Origin: an uncultured Actinomycetota bacterium
GTDB taxonomy: Bacteria; Actinomycetota; Actinomycetes; Propionibacteriales; Nocardioidaceae
Direction of reading: 5' to 3'
NCBI GenBank assembly: GCA_963708915.1
Contig: CAVPUJ010000001.1
Coordinates: forward strand, 864,689-928,688
Length of the DNA: 64,000 bases
Under the pieces are notes generated by a model that was not told the origin of the DNA, made no database searches, and was given only the letters and a program-made list of their open reading frames with translations. Numbering within the stretch: the first letter of the stretch is position 1; every line of letters starts with the position of its first letter. Positions 42,139 through 53,729 of this stretch are shown here, piece by piece. The position numbers and the translations under genes were made by a program.

Positions 42139-44319
42139 ATGCCGCGACCTCGCCGGGTGCTCGTCAGCACCCTGCTGGCGTGCGCCCTGATGACGATGAC
42201 GCTCGTCGGCATCGGCCAGGCGGGCGCCGTCGCCGACGAGCCGGAGACCGAGGCCACCACCGACACCGGCGACACCGGTGACACCGGCAGCGAGCTCTTC
42301 CTGGTCACCCTGACGGGGCCGGGCTCGAGCGCCGACCGCGGCGCGGCGACTGCGCGGGCGTTCCGCGCGTCCGCACTGGCCGAGCAGGACGCCACGCTCG
42401 CGAGGGTCGGTGCCGAGGCCCCGGTCTACCGCTGGACGAACGCGCTCAACGGCTACGCCGTCCGGCTGACCGCCGCCCAGGCCCGCGACGTGGCCCGCGA
42501 CCCCCGAGTGGCCTCCGTCGAGCCGGACTCCGTACGTCGCCTGGCCGCCGCCGCACCCGGTGGCGCCGCGACGGCGGCCGACTTCCCACGTCTCGGCGGG
42601 GCCGGCGTGGTGATCGGGCTCGTCGACTCCGGCCTCTGGCCCGACAGCCCCCTGTTCGCCGACGTCCGCGGCCTCGGCCGGTCGGCCCGCGACTTCCAGG
42701 GCCGCTGCGCGACCGGCGCGGGCTGGGCCGACGACGTGTGCGACGACAAGATCGTGGGAGCCCAGTGGTTCGTGGACGGGTTCGGCGCCGACCGGGTCCG
42801 CAGCGGCGCCCGCCTCTCCCCGCTCGACGACGACGGCCACGGCACGCTGATGGCCTCGATCGCGGCCGGGAACGCCGGTGTCAGCGTGAAGGTGCCGGGT
42901 CAGCGCGCCGGCCTGTACGCCGGTGCCGCGCCCCAGGCCAGGCTCGCCGTCTACAAGGCGTGCTGGACCGCCCCCGACCCGCGCGACGACGGTTGTTCGG
43001 CCGCCGACCTGGTCACGGCGATCGACCGGGCCGTCGCCGACCGCGTGGACGTGCTGAACCTCTCCGTCGACGGCCCCACCGACCCCCAGGCACGGGTCGA
43101 CACCGTCGAACGCGCCCTGCTCGGCGCGGCCGAGGCCGACGTCGTCGTGGTGGCCGCGGCGGGCAACCGCGGCACCCGCGCGTACGCCGCCCACGCGTCG
43201 CCGTGGGTCACGTCCGTCGGCGGCACCACCGGCGCCACCCGGCGCGGCGCCGTGGTCGCGCCCGGGCTCCGGCTGGCCGGCGCCATGGCCGCCCGGACCG
43301 CCGTACGCCCCGCCCGAATCGTGCTCGGCGCGCGGGTCGCGTCGGCCGGCGCCACGGCCTCCCAGTCGCGTTACTGCCGGCCCGGCAGCCTGGACGCCGC
43401 GCTCGTCTCCGGACGCATCGTCGTGTGTGAGCGCGGCCGCATCGGACGCGTCGACAAGTCCGAGGCCGTCGCACGGGCCGACGGCGTGGGCATGGTCCTC
43501 GTCAACACCAGCCGCGGCCAGGCCACCGCCGACTTCCACAGCGTGCCGACCGTCCACCTCACCAAGGACGACGGCCACCGCCTGGTCCGATGGATGCGCG
43601 ACCACCCCGGCCGCCTGGTGCGGCTGCGCCCCGACGGCGTGCAGCGCACCCCCGAACGGCTCGTCGCCTGGACCAGCTCGGGCGACCCGACGGGTTCGTT
43701 CGTCAAGCCCGACGTCGTCGCGACGGCCGTCGGCGTCCTCGGCGCCACCCCGCCCTCGCACCTCGGACGTCGCTGGGACCTCGGCTCCGGCACGTCGGTC
43801 GCCGCCGCCCGGACCAGTGGCGTCGCGGCCGCGCTGCTCAGCCGCCACGACTGGTCGGCCGCCGAGGTACGTTCGGCCATCGCCACCACGGCCGGCGACG
43901 TGGCCGGCGCCCCGTCCCTGCTGCGCCTGGGGGCCGGCCGCACCCGGGCGCAACCCGCCGACCGGCCGGGCCTGGCGTTCGGGGTCCCGCTCGGCGACTA
44001 CCGCGCCTGGCTCGACGGCGACCTCGACGCGACGGCGCTCAACACTCCGTCGGTCCTGCTCCGGGGCTCCGGGTCCGTGACCCGCACGGTCACCAACGTG
44101 GGCACCCGGGCGATGTACTTCTCCTCGACGGCCACCGGCTTCGGTCGCCACCAGGTCTCGGTCACCCCCGCCGCGATCTCGCTGGCGCCGGGTGAGTCGA
44201 CGACGTTCACGGTGCGGGTGGCGGGCACCGCCGGTCCTCAGCCTCTCGACGACGGCTGGGTGACCTGGCGGGGCGCCAACGGCAACCGGGTGCGGATCCC
44301 GGTCGTCATCGTGCGCTGA
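42139..44319 (+). CDS. Secreted S8 subtilisin-like peptidase (I9 prodomain, PA domain, Fn3-like C-terminus)
   Basis: Signal peptide; Asp GLVDSG, His DDDGHGT, oxyanion AAAGN, Ser SGTSVAA; CERGRIGRVDKS PA motif; RTVTNVG. Confidence 0.9.
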   Translation: MPRPRRVLVSTLLACALMTMTLVGIGQAGAVADEPETEATTDTGDTGDTGSELFLVTLTGPGSSADRGAATARAFRASALAEQDATLARVGAEAPVYRWTNALNGYAVRLTAAQARDVARDPRVASVEPDSVRRLAAAAPGGAATAADFPRLGGAGVVIGLVDSGLWPDSPLFADVRGLGRSARDFQGRCATGAGWADDVCDDKIVGAQWFVDGFGADRVRSGARLSPLDDDGHGTLMASIAAGNAGVSVKVPGQRAGLYAGAAPQARLAVYKACWTAPDPRDDGCSAADLVTAIDRAVADRVDVLNLSVDGPTDPQARVDTVERALLGAAEADVVVVAAAGNRGTRAYAAHASPWVTSVGGTTGATRRGAVVAPGLRLAGAMAARTAVRPARIVLGARVASAGATASQSRYCRPGSLDAALVSGRIVVCERGRIGRVDKSEAVARADGVGMVLVNTSRGQATADFHSVPTVHLTKDDGHRLVRWMRDHPGRLVRLRPDGVQRTPERLVAWTSSGDPTGSFVKPDVVATAVGVLGATPPSHLGRRWDLGSGTSVAAARTSGVAAALLSRHDWSAAEVRSAIATTAGDVAGAPSLLRLGAGRTRAQPADRPGLAFGVPLGDYRAWLDGDLDATALNTPSVLLRGSGSVTRTVTNVGTRAMYFSSTATGFGRHQVSVTPAAISLAPGESTTFTVRVAGTAGPQPLDDGWVTWRGANGNRVRIPVVIVR

Positions 44320-45166
44320 CCGGCCACCCCTCGGCGACCTCGGCCGCCATCCGCCGGCCCTGGGCGGCACCGGCCCGGGCGGCACCCATCCGCTTCGACG
44401 GATCGAGGACGTCGCGGCCGATCGCGGTCAGCGACTGCTTGTCCGGGTTGATCCAGGCGGTCCGACGTGCACCGGTACGGCGCAGCTGCTCGGGCACCGC
44501 GTGGTGCCGCGAGAGCGCGCGCCACAGGGGGACCACGGCCAGCACGACGTCGCAGCCGGTCGCGAGGTCGGCGTTGGCGGCGGACCGCATCCCGCCGTCG
44601 ACGTAGTGGCGGCCGCCGATCTCGACGGCGGGCCAGACGAGCGGGACCGCGCAGCTCGCGGCCACGGCGTGCAGCAGGTCGACGTCGCCGGTGCGGTCGA
44701 AGACGCGGAAGGAGCCGCTGTCGGCGTCGACGGCAGTGATCTTGAGCTCGCGCTCCGGCCACTCGACGAGCGAGCCGTCCTCGCGGCGGAGCCGGGTCTC
44801 GAAGACCTTGAGCCGCTCGTCGGCGGGGCCGGGGTGCGCCTTGCGCGCCGCCCGCCCGATCCGGGCACGCTTGGCGCGGCCGCTGCCGGGCAACATCATC
44901 AGCCCGAGCAGGGTGAGCTGCGCCCGCGTGCCGAACTCGGCGCCGAGCTCGGCAGGCGCCGGCTCGATCTGCTCGTCGTACAGGTCGTCGAGGTCGTCAC
45001 CCATGCCGAGCAGGGCTCCGACCACCGAGCCCGCCGAGGTCCCGACGATGGTGTCGGCGTCCGACACGTCGACCCCGCCGTCGCGCAGTCCCTTGAGGAG
45101 GCCGATCTCCCAGGCGATGCCGGTCACGCCGCCACCGCCGAGCACCAGGCCGGTTTTCGTACTCAC
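44306..45166 (-). CDS. Patatin-like phospholipase
   Basis: LVLGGGGVTGIAW, GTSAG, YVDGG. Confidence 0.93.
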   Translation of the reverse strand: MSTKTGLVLGGGGVTGIAWEIGLLKGLRDGGVDVSDADTIVGTSAGSVVGALLGMGDDLDDLYDEQIEPAPAELGAEFGTRAQLTLLGLMMLPGSGRAKRARIGRAARKAHPGPADERLKVFETRLRREDGSLVEWPERELKITAVDADSGSFRVFDRTGDVDLLHAVAASCAVPLVWPAVEIGGRHYVDGGMRSAANADLATGCDVVLAVVPLWRALSRHHAVPEQLRRTGARRTAWINPDKQSLTAIGRDVLDPSKRMGAARAGAAQGRRMAAEVAEGWPVSAR

Positions 45167-45192
45167 AAGTAACCAGCCTGCCACGAGGACTG

Positions 45193-46830
45193 TCAGCGGG
45201 CCTCGTGACCCTGCCCGGCGAGGCCGAGCTGGGCCGTGGTCTCCTCGCGCATCTGCACCTTGCGGATCTTGCCGGTGACCGTCATCGGGAACTCGTCGAC
45301 GACCAGGACGTACCGCGGGATCTTGTAGTGCGCCAGCTTGCCGGTCGCGTAGGCGCGCACCGTGTCGGCGTCCAGGGGCGTGGCGCCCGCCTTCATCTTC
45401 ACCCAGGCCGCGAGCTCCTCGCCGTACTTCTGGTCCGGGACGCCGATCACCTGCACGTCCTCGATGTCCGGGTGGGAGTAGAGGAACTCCTCGATCTCGC
45501 GCGGGTAGATGTTCTCGCCGCCGCGGATCACCATGTCCTTGATCCGGCCGACGATGTTGCAGTAGCCGTCCTCGCGCATCTCGGCCAGGTCGCCGGTGTG
45601 CATCCAGCCGTCGGCGTCGATGGCCTCCTGGGTCTTCTCCTCGTCCTCCCAGTAGCCGAGCATCACCGAGTAGCCGCGCGTGCAGAGCTCACCTGCCTGG
45701 CCGCGCTCGACCGTCTCGCCGGTGTCGGGGTCGATGATCTTGATCTCGACGTGGGGGTGGGCGTTGCCGATCGTGGCCGTCCGCCGGTCGAGGTCGTCGT
45801 CGGCCCGGGTCTGGCAGGAGACGGGCGACGTCTCGGTCATGCCGTAGGCGATCGAGACCTCCTCCATGTGCATGTCGGCGATGCAGCGCTTCATCACCTC
45901 GACCGGGCAGATGGAGCCGGCCATGATGCCGGTCCGCAGGGACGTCAGGTCGTGGTCGCGGAACGTCGGGTGGTTCTGCATCGCGATGAACATGGTGGGC
46001 ACGCCGTACACCGCCGTGCAGCCCTCCTCGGCGATGCACCGCAGCGTCGTCTCGGGGTCGAAGCCCGGCGCCGGGATGACCATCGTGGCGCCGTGGGTGG
46101 TGCAGCCCAGGTTGCCCATCACCATCCCGAAGCAGTGGTAGAAGGGCACGGGGATGCAGAGCCGGTCGGCGTCGGTGAGGTTGATCGTCTCGGTCACGAA
46201 GTACCCGTTGTTGAGGATGTTGCGGTGCGACAGGGTCGCGCCCTTGGGGTAGCCGGTCGTGCCCGACGTGTACTGGATGTTGATGGGGTCGTTCGGCCGC
46301 AGGGTCCGCATCCGCTCGTTCACGACGTCGGCGTCGACCTCCTCTCCCGCGGCGACCACGTCGTCCCAGTCGCTCGTGCCGATGTAGACCACCCGCTCGA
46401 GGCGGGGGGTGTCGGCCCTGGTCTCCTCGATCATCGAGCGGTAGTCGCTGGTCTTGAAGCTCTCAGCGGAGATCAGCATCCGCAGCCCCGAGTGGTTGAC
46501 CGCGTAGGTGAACTCGTGGGTGCGGTAGGCCGGGTTGACGTTGACGAGGATGGCCCCGACCTTCGCCGTGGCGAGCTGGGCGATCGTCCACTCCGCACAG
46601 CTGGGCGCCCACACGCCGATGCGGTCGCCCTTCGCGATCCCCCCGGCGACCAGGCCGCGGGCGAACAGGTCCACGTCGTGGTTGAGCTCGCGATAGGTCC
46701 AGCGCCGGCCGCTGGCGAACTCCACCAGCGCCTCGTGGTCGGGGTACGCCGCCACGGTCCGGTCGAAGTTCCCGCCGATCGTCTCCTCGAGGAGCGGGGG
46801 CTCGTGCTCACCGGCGGCGTAGGACTCCAC
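45193..46830 (-). CDS. Acyl-CoA synthetase / AMP-binding protein
   Basis: [45 protein letters not shown]; GGAGG SD before GTG 46830. Confidence 0.95.
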   Translation of the reverse strand: MESYAAGEHEPPLLEETIGGNFDRTVAAYPDHEALVEFASGRRWTYRELNHDVDLFARGLVAGGIAKGDRIGVWAPSCAEWTIAQLATAKVGAILVNVNPAYRTHEFTYAVNHSGLRMLISAESFKTSDYRSMIEETRADTPRLERVVYIGTSDWDDVVAAGEEVDADVVNERMRTLRPNDPINIQYTSGTTGYPKGATLSHRNILNNGYFVTETINLTDADRLCIPVPFYHCFGMVMGNLGCTTHGATMVIPAPGFDPETTLRCIAEEGCTAVYGVPTMFIAMQNHPTFRDHDLTSLRTGIMAGSICPVEVMKRCIADMHMEEVSIAYGMTETSPVSCQTRADDDLDRRTATIGNAHPHVEIKIIDPDTGETVERGQAGELCTRGYSVMLGYWEDEEKTQEAIDADGWMHTGDLAEMREDGYCNIVGRIKDMVIRGGENIYPREIEEFLYSHPDIEDVQVIGVPDQKYGEELAAWVKMKAGATPLDADTVRAYATGKLAHYKIPRYVLVVDEFPMTVTGKIRKVQMREETTAQLGLAGQGHEAR

Positions 46831-46926
46831 GATGTCTCCTCCAGCTCTCGTCACCGACCCAGACCCACCCAGCCTGGATGTGTCCGTCCGAGCGACGATG
46901 TTCAGCTTCTGGACATTACGCCGGAC

Positions 46927-47972
46927 TCACCCCTGGCGGGAGACCTCCATGCTGCGGTCTCCGAACCGCACCAGGTCACCCTCCAGAAGGGTCGTGGGCT
47001 TGCCGCCGGAGAGAGGACGTGAGACGCCCTGGCGGATGAGCACCGACCCGTTGGTCGAGCCGCGGTCCATCACCACGAGGGCACCGTCGCCGGCGACGCC
47101 GATCTGGGCGTGCGTCTTCGACAGCGACATGTCCTGCGACGGCAGGGCGACCAGGTGCCGCACGGCCTCGCCCGGACGCGCCGACGGGCGCCGCCCGACC
47201 AGCACGACGCCGTCGACGGGCACCTTCTCGCCGGTGTCGAAGGCCAGCACCCAGCCGGTCTCGACACCGGTCGGGGTGACGACGGGTGACCGTCGCGCGG
47301 TGCGCTGGGACTCGGGGAGCCGCCGACGGGCGCGGCCTCCGGGGCAGCCGGCGCGGGTGGTGGGGTCTCGACGACCGGGGGGCGCGGCGCCCGGCGCGGC
47401 GCCGCCGCCGCGGCCGGCTGCGGCGGGGCGGGCACCAGCCGCATGGCCGTCAGGTTCACGACGTGCCGCGGCCCGCTGTCGGTCTCCTCGGGGTCGCTCG
47501 GCTCGGGCCGCAGGTCCACGACGATCGACTGGGCGACGTGGTCGTGCCAACCCCGCCGGCGACGCGTCGGGTCGGCCACGGCGGTCCAGGCGAGCGTGGC
47601 CAGCCCGATGCCGAACGTGGGAATGGTCGCGACGCCCAGCACCAGCCCCCGCAGCAGCGCCCGGCCGAACCCGATCGGCGTCCCGGTCCCGACGTGCACG
47701 GCACGCACGCCGACCGCTGCCTTGCCCGGCGTCGTCCCGACCACACCCAGCGCGACGGCGAAGCCCACCCACACCACGACCACCACGCCGGCCACCAGGG
47801 CCACACCGGCCCAGATCTGGTCGTCGCTCCAGAACAGCTCGTAGGCCGCCCAGCACGCGGCCGCGACCAGGGTCCAGGCGATCAGCCGGTCGACCATGAA
47901 CGCGTAGAAGCGGCGGTCGAGTCCCGCGACGGGACGGCTCGAGGCAGGGCGCGGCGTCAGGACGTGGCTCAT
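46927..47972 (-). CDS. RDD + FHA domain protein, apparently frameshifted near 47314-47317
   Basis: RDD (LDRRFYAFMVDRLI...GTTPGKAAVGVR...RGWHDHVA) in one frame; FHA (LVGRRP...MSLSKTHAQ...DRGSTNGS) in the other. Confidence 0.8.
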
Positions 47973-47991
47973 CGCGCGCCCGCGTCCGTCC

Positions 47992-49146
<1,155 letters not shown>

Positions 49147-50040
49147 CTACGGGGTCCCCGTGGAAGCGTGAGGCGGAGGAGCGGAGCGGGGGAGGCGAGC
49201 GCTTTCGTGGGGTGTGTCATTCGGCAGGGCTCCCAACTTGAGCTCGAGACTCACGCGCTGCCGCTCGGAGTCGTAGGCACGATCGCTCTCCAATCCCATC
49301 ACATCGACCACCACGGCCGTGGCGTTGTCGCGACCACCGGCCCGGACCGCCTCGGCGACCAGCCGGTCGGCGGCGTCGCGCGGGTCGGCGGCCTCGCCGA
49401 CGATGGTGGCGACGGCCTCGTCGTCGATCATCTCGGTGATGCCGTCGGAGCACAGCAGGATGCGTTCGGCCCGAGGCAGGGGGAGCAGGAAGTAGTCGGC
49501 GTCGGCCCGGTCGGGACCGCCGAGTGCGCGAGTGACCACGTGCCGGGCCGGGTGGGTACTCATCTCCTCGCGGGTGATCGAGCCTTCGTCGACCAGCTCC
49601 TGGACCAGGCTGTGGTCGACACTGACCTGCTCGAGCTCGCCGTCGACGAACCGGTAGATGCGTGAGTCGCCGAGGTTGGCCAGCAGCCACTGGGGCGCTC
49701 GGTCGTCCTCGACGAGCAGCGCGACGACGGCGGTCGTGCCGGCCTGGAAGTCGCGCCCGGTGCGGCGGGACTGTTCGTCGGCGTACTCGGTGATCCGGTC
49801 GTGGCAGGCCGTCAGCGTGTCCGCGACGGCCTGGGAGCCGCGGCGCGGGTCGTACCCCTGCTCGGCCAGCCGGGCGAACTCCTCGACGACGATCCGGCTG
49901 GCCACGTCGCCCCCCTCGTGCCCGCCCATCCCGTCGGCGACCACGAACAGCGGCGGGGCGGCGAGGTAGGAGTCCTCGTTGACCTCGCGGACCTGGCCGA
50001 CGTCGGTGGCAGCCCCGTAGTGGAGCTCGACGCGGCTCAT
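49147..50040 (-). CDS. PP2C-family Ser/Thr protein phosphatase
   Basis: [46 protein letters not shown]. Confidence 0.95.
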   Translation of the reverse strand: MSRVELHYGAATDVGQVREVNEDSYLAAPPLFVVADGMGGHEGGDVASRIVVEEFARLAEQGYDPRRGSQAVADTLTACHDRITEYADEQSRRTGRDFQAGTTAVVALLVEDDRAPQWLLANLGDSRIYRFVDGELEQVSVDHSLVQELVDEGSITREEMSTHPARHVVTRALGGPDRADADYFLLPLPRAERILLCSDGITEMIDDEAVATIVGEAADPRDAADRLVAEAVRAGGRDNATAVVVDVMGLESDRAYDSERQRVSLELKLGALPNDTPHESARLPRSAPPPHASTGTP

Positions 50041-50094
50041 CGGGGGCCTCCGCGGAGGCGGGCCTGCGGGGCCGGCTTCGGTAGCGTGGGGACG

Positions 50095-52392
50095 ATGGCC
50101 AGATCGACCGCCCGGAGCGCCTCCGGGCCGCGCACGGGCGAGGGGCACCGGACGCTCGCCGACCAGCTCCGCGCGTGGCCGGACGACCGGCTCTCCCGGC
50201 TGCTCCGCGAGCGACCCGATCTGTCCACTCCTGCCCCTCAGGACTCGGGGCAGCTCGCCTCTCGTGCGGCGGCCCGGTCGTCCGTACCTCGTGCGCTCGA
50301 CCTGCTGACCAGGGCCGAGCTGTGTGTAGTGGATGCCCTCGTCGCCGCGGGTCAAACCACCCAAGCCGATCTGGTGGACGTGGTCAACGCCTCACCGGGG
50401 GCCGTGACCGCCGCCATCGAGCGCCTCATGGACCTCGCCCTGGTGTGGGAGTCGACCGGAGGGCTGCGTGCGGTGGGTGGCGTCGCCGAGCTCGGGCGGG
50501 GCATCGCGCAGGGTGCGGGGCTCGGTGGCCTGCGACCCTTCACCCCTGACGGGCCCGGTCAGGACGAGGTCGCCGCGCTCCTGGCGGAGCTCAGTCCCGC
50601 CGCCCGGGCTCTGTTGGAGCACGTCGACGACAGCGGCGGCGAGGCCACCGCCGGCTCGGCCCGCCACACCGTGCTCCCCGAGGACGCCGCCACCCCGGCC
50701 GAGGAGCTGCTCGCCCGGCGGTTGCTGTCGCCGCGCACGGGCGGCCAGGTCTGGGTGCCGGGCGAGGTCAGCGTCGCCCTCCGCGGAGGGCACACCACCC
50801 GCGAGCGGGTCGACGTGGTCCCGACCCTGGCGACGGCCGAGCGTCCGGCGGCCCTGGTGGAGCGGACGGCGGCCGGCGCGGCGTTCGAGGTGGTCCGTCG
50901 TCTCGAGCTGCTGCTCGACCACTGGGGAGCCAACCCGCCGACCGAGCTGCGCGCCGGAGGACTGGGCGTCCGCGAGCTCAAGGCCGCCGCCTCCCACCTG
51001 CACGTCGACGAAGCCACCGCTGCGTTGCTCGTGGAGGTCGCGGCGGAGGCCCGGCTCCTCGCCAGCCGCTACGACGAGGACGGCAACGCGGTCTTCGCCC
51101 CGACCGACGACTTCGACGCCTGGACCCGCCGGCCGACGGCCGAGCGCTGGTCGCGGGTGGCCCGCGCCTGGTGGGGCACCAGCCGGCTGCCCGGCCTGGT
51201 CGGCACCCGGGACGCCGCCGGGAAGGCGTACTCCGCCCTCGCCCCCGAGAACACCAGCGTCTTCGCGGTCGACACCCGACGGTCCGCGCTGGTGGAGATC
51301 GCCGCCATCCCCGACGGCCACGTGCTGGCGGCCGGCACCGGACCGGCGTCGCTCGTCGCCCGCCTGGCCTGGCTGCGTCCCCGCCGTCCCCGCTCCCGTG
51401 GCGACCAGGTGGCGTGGGCCCTGCGCGAGGCGACGGCTCTCGGCCTCGTCGCGCTGGGCGGCATGCCGGCCTACGCCCGGGTGCTGCTCGCCGGCGACGA
51501 CCCGGCACCCCTCCTCGCGCCCCTGCTCCCGGAGCCGGTGGACCACGTGCTGCTCCAGGCGGACCTGACGGCCGTCGCCCCCGGCCCCCTCGAGCCGGAC
51601 CTGGCCCGCCGGCTGCAGCTCGCGGCCGAGGTGGAGTCGCGGGGTGGGGCGACCGTCTACCGGTTCACCGCCCAGTCCGTACGTCGCGCACTCGACGTCG
51701 GCTGGACCGCGGCCGAGCTGCATGCGTTCGTGGCCGACGTCTCCCGGACCCCGGTCCCCCAGCCGCTGACGTACCTCATCGACGACACCGCCCGGACCTA
51801 CGGGACCGTCCGGGTCGGACACGCCGAGGCCTTCCTCCGCGCCGACGACGAGGCCGCGCTGTCCGAGCTGCTGGCGCACCCGCAGGCGGCCTCCCTCGGG
51901 CTGCGCCGGATCGCGCCGACCGTCGTCATCAGCACCACGCCGCTCGACGTGCTCCTCCCCCGGCTGCGCGAGATGGGTGCGGCGCCCGCCGTGGAGGCGC
52001 CCGACGGGTCGCTGCACGTCGCCCGGCCGGACGCGCTGCGCGCCCGGACGCCCCAGGAGCGCGGCGCCGCCGAGAGAGCGACCCGCGAGTCCGCGTCCGT
52101 CGCTCGGGTGATCGCTGCGATCCGGGCCGGCGACCGGGCCGTCGCCGAGCGACCGGCCGGGCTTCCCGCACTCACCCCGAGCGACTCGATGACGGCCCTG
52201 CGGCAGGCCGTGGCGGCCCGTGTCTCCGTGCTGATCGGATACGTCGACAACCACGGCGCGAGCACCGAACGGATCGTCGACCCCTTGGGCCTCGACGGCG
52301 GGATGCTCACCGCGCTCGACCATCGCAGCGAGGAGATCCGTACCTTCGCCGTGCACCGCATCACCACGGTCACCCCGGTGGCGACCACGTAG
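50095..52392 (+). CDS. Helicase-associated protein (XPB-N-terminal-like domain + C-terminal WYL-like domain; Rv0862c-like)
   Basis: RLLRERPDL...[12 protein letters not shown]...[14 protein letters not shown]...[12 protein letters not shown]...[12 protein letters not shown]; C-terminal IGYVD...ERIVDP...RTFAVHRI. Confidence 0.88.
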   Translation: MARSTARSASGPRTGEGHRTLADQLRAWPDDRLSRLLRERPDLSTPAPQDSGQLASRAAARSSVPRALDLLTRAELCVVDALVAAGQTTQADLVDVVNASPGAVTAAIERLMDLALVWESTGGLRAVGGVAELGRGIAQGAGLGGLRPFTPDGPGQDEVAALLAELSPAARALLEHVDDSGGEATAGSARHTVLPEDAATPAEELLARRLLSPRTGGQVWVPGEVSVALRGGHTTRERVDVVPTLATAERPAALVERTAAGAAFEVVRRLELLLDHWGANPPTELRAGGLGVRELKAAASHLHVDEATAALLVEVAAEARLLASRYDEDGNAVFAPTDDFDAWTRRPTAERWSRVARAWWGTSRLPGLVGTRDAAGKAYSALAPENTSVFAVDTRRSALVEIAAIPDGHVLAAGTGPASLVARLAWLRPRRPRSRGDQVAWALREATALGLVALGGMPAYARVLLAGDDPAPLLAPLLPEPVDHVLLQADLTAVAPGPLEPDLARRLQLAAEVESRGGATVYRFTAQSVRRALDVGWTAAELHAFVADVSRTPVPQPLTYLIDDTARTYGTVRVGHAEAFLRADDEAALSELLAHPQAASLGLRRIAPTVVISTTPLDVLLPRLREMGAAPAVEAPDGSLHVARPDALRARTPQERGAAERATRESASVARVIAAIRAGDRAVAERPAGLPALTPSDSMTALRQAVAARVSVLIGYVDNHGASTERIVDPLGLDGGMLTALDHRSEEIRTFAVHRITTVTPVATT

Positions 52393-52402
52393 CGTGACCG
52401 GG

Positions 52403-53179
52403 ATGCGCTACCTCTTGAGCGTCCCGCCCTTCACCGACCCCGGCGTCGTGGTCGACCTGGCCCGCGCGGCCGAGGAGTCGGGCTGGGACGGCTTCTTCCT
52501 GTGGGACCACCTCCGCTGGGACGACGTCCAGGACGTGCACGACCCCTGGGTACTCCTCGGGGCGATCGCCCAGGTGACCGAGCGGATGCTGCTGGGCACG
52601 ATGGTCACGCCGCTCTCGCGACGACGACCGTGGGTGGTCGCCAAGCACCTGGTCACCCTGGACCACCTGTCCGGTGGGCGCGCCGTGCTCGGCGTGGGCC
52701 TCGGTGAGCCGCCCGACCTGGACTTCGGCGACTTCGGGGACGAGGCCGACGCGCGGGTGCGCGCCGCGATCCTCGACGAGGCGCTCGCCGTGGTCGCCGG
52801 CCTGGTCGGAGACGGACGGGCCGGGCTCGACGGCAGCCACCACCGGGTCGACGCGACGATGAGGCCGCTGCCCGTCCAGCGGCCCCGCGTCCCGATCTGG
52901 GTGGCCGGCGTCGCCCCGAACCGTCGCCCGCTGGAGAGGGCCCGCCGCTGGGACGGGTACGTGCCGATCGGGCGCGGCCTCGCGCCCGACGAGCTCGCGG
53001 CGTACGTCGGCGAGCACCCGCGGCCGGGCTGGGACCTGGTCGTGCCGTGGGCCGACGGCGTGCCGGCCGACGAGTACGCCGATGCCGGGGTCACCTGGCT
53101 GGTGCAGTCCGCGTGGCCGAAGGACGACGGGTGGGTGCGCGAGCTCCAGGACCTCGCCGCCACGGGCCCCACCACGTAG
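52403..53179 (+). CDS. LLM class flavin-dependent oxidoreductase
   Basis: AEESGWDGFFLWDH...DPWVLLGAIA...TLDHLSGGRAVLGVGLG; TAGCGT 7 nt before ATG. Confidence 0.9.
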   Translation: MRYLLSVPPFTDPGVVVDLARAAEESGWDGFFLWDHLRWDDVQDVHDPWVLLGAIAQVTERMLLGTMVTPLSRRRPWVVAKHLVTLDHLSGGRAVLGVGLGEPPDLDFGDFGDEADARVRAAILDEALAVVAGLVGDGRAGLDGSHHRVDATMRPLPVQRPRVPIWVAGVAPNRRPLERARRWDGYVPIGRGLAPDELAAYVGEHPRPGWDLVVPWADGVPADEYADAGVTWLVQSAWPKDDGWVRELQDLAATGPTT

Positions 53180-53198
53180 CCGACCTACGATCGGGGAC

Positions 53199-53729
53199 GT
53201 GGACTTCGTCCGGTACGCCGAGGGCTCGGCGCGGCTGCTCAACGCCGAGCTGTCCGACCCCGAGGCCCTGGTGGCGGTCCTGCCTGGCCGCGACTGGCTG
53301 CACCCGCAGGTCACCGAGCGCGACGTGACGACGCTGCGCCGGTTCCAGCGCGAGCTGCGGCCGGTCTTCGAGGCGGCCGAAGCCGGCGACGTCCGCGCGA
53401 CCGTCGACCTGCTCAACGAGGCGATGGTGCGCCACCCGATCACGCCCCGGATCGCCGACCACGACACCGCCGACCTCCACCTCCACGTCGCGACCAAGAC
53501 AGCGTCGGTCGCCGAGCTCCTCGTCGGGGAGTCGCTGCTGGGCCTGGCGACGCTGGTGTGCGACCTCGGCCCGACCCGGCTCGGCGTCTGCTCCGAGACG
53601 CACTGCACGAACGGCTACGTCGACACCTCGCCCAACCACTCGCGCCGCTACTGCTCGGACCGGTGCTCGTCGCGGGCGAACGTCGCGGCGTACCGGGCCC
53701 GCCAGAAGGCCTCGACACCGCTGGACTAG
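53199..53729 (+). CDS. CGNR zinc-finger / ABATE domain protein
   Basis: RLGVCSETHC...YVDTSPNHSRRYCSDRCSSRANVAAYRAR. Confidence 0.9.
   Translation: MDFVRYAEGSARLLNAELSDPEALVAVLPGRDWLHPQVTERDVTTLRRFQRELRPVFEAAEAGDVRATVDLLNEAMVRHPITPRIADHDTADLHLHVATKTASVAELLVGESLLGLATLVCDLGPTRLGVCSETHCTNGYVDTSPNHSRRYCSDRCSSRANVAAYRARQKASTPLD

Noticed and set aside
43780-43830. S8 peptidase as a pseudo-enzyme
   Set aside because: Asp, His, Ser and the oxyanion Asn are all present; only flanking residues diverge.
46897-46915. Imperfect inverted repeat ATGTTCAG-N3-CTGGACAT upstream of the acyl-CoA synthetase
   Set aside because: Single short match with a mismatch and no adjacent regulator; it could be an operator or chance, so it is not supportable.
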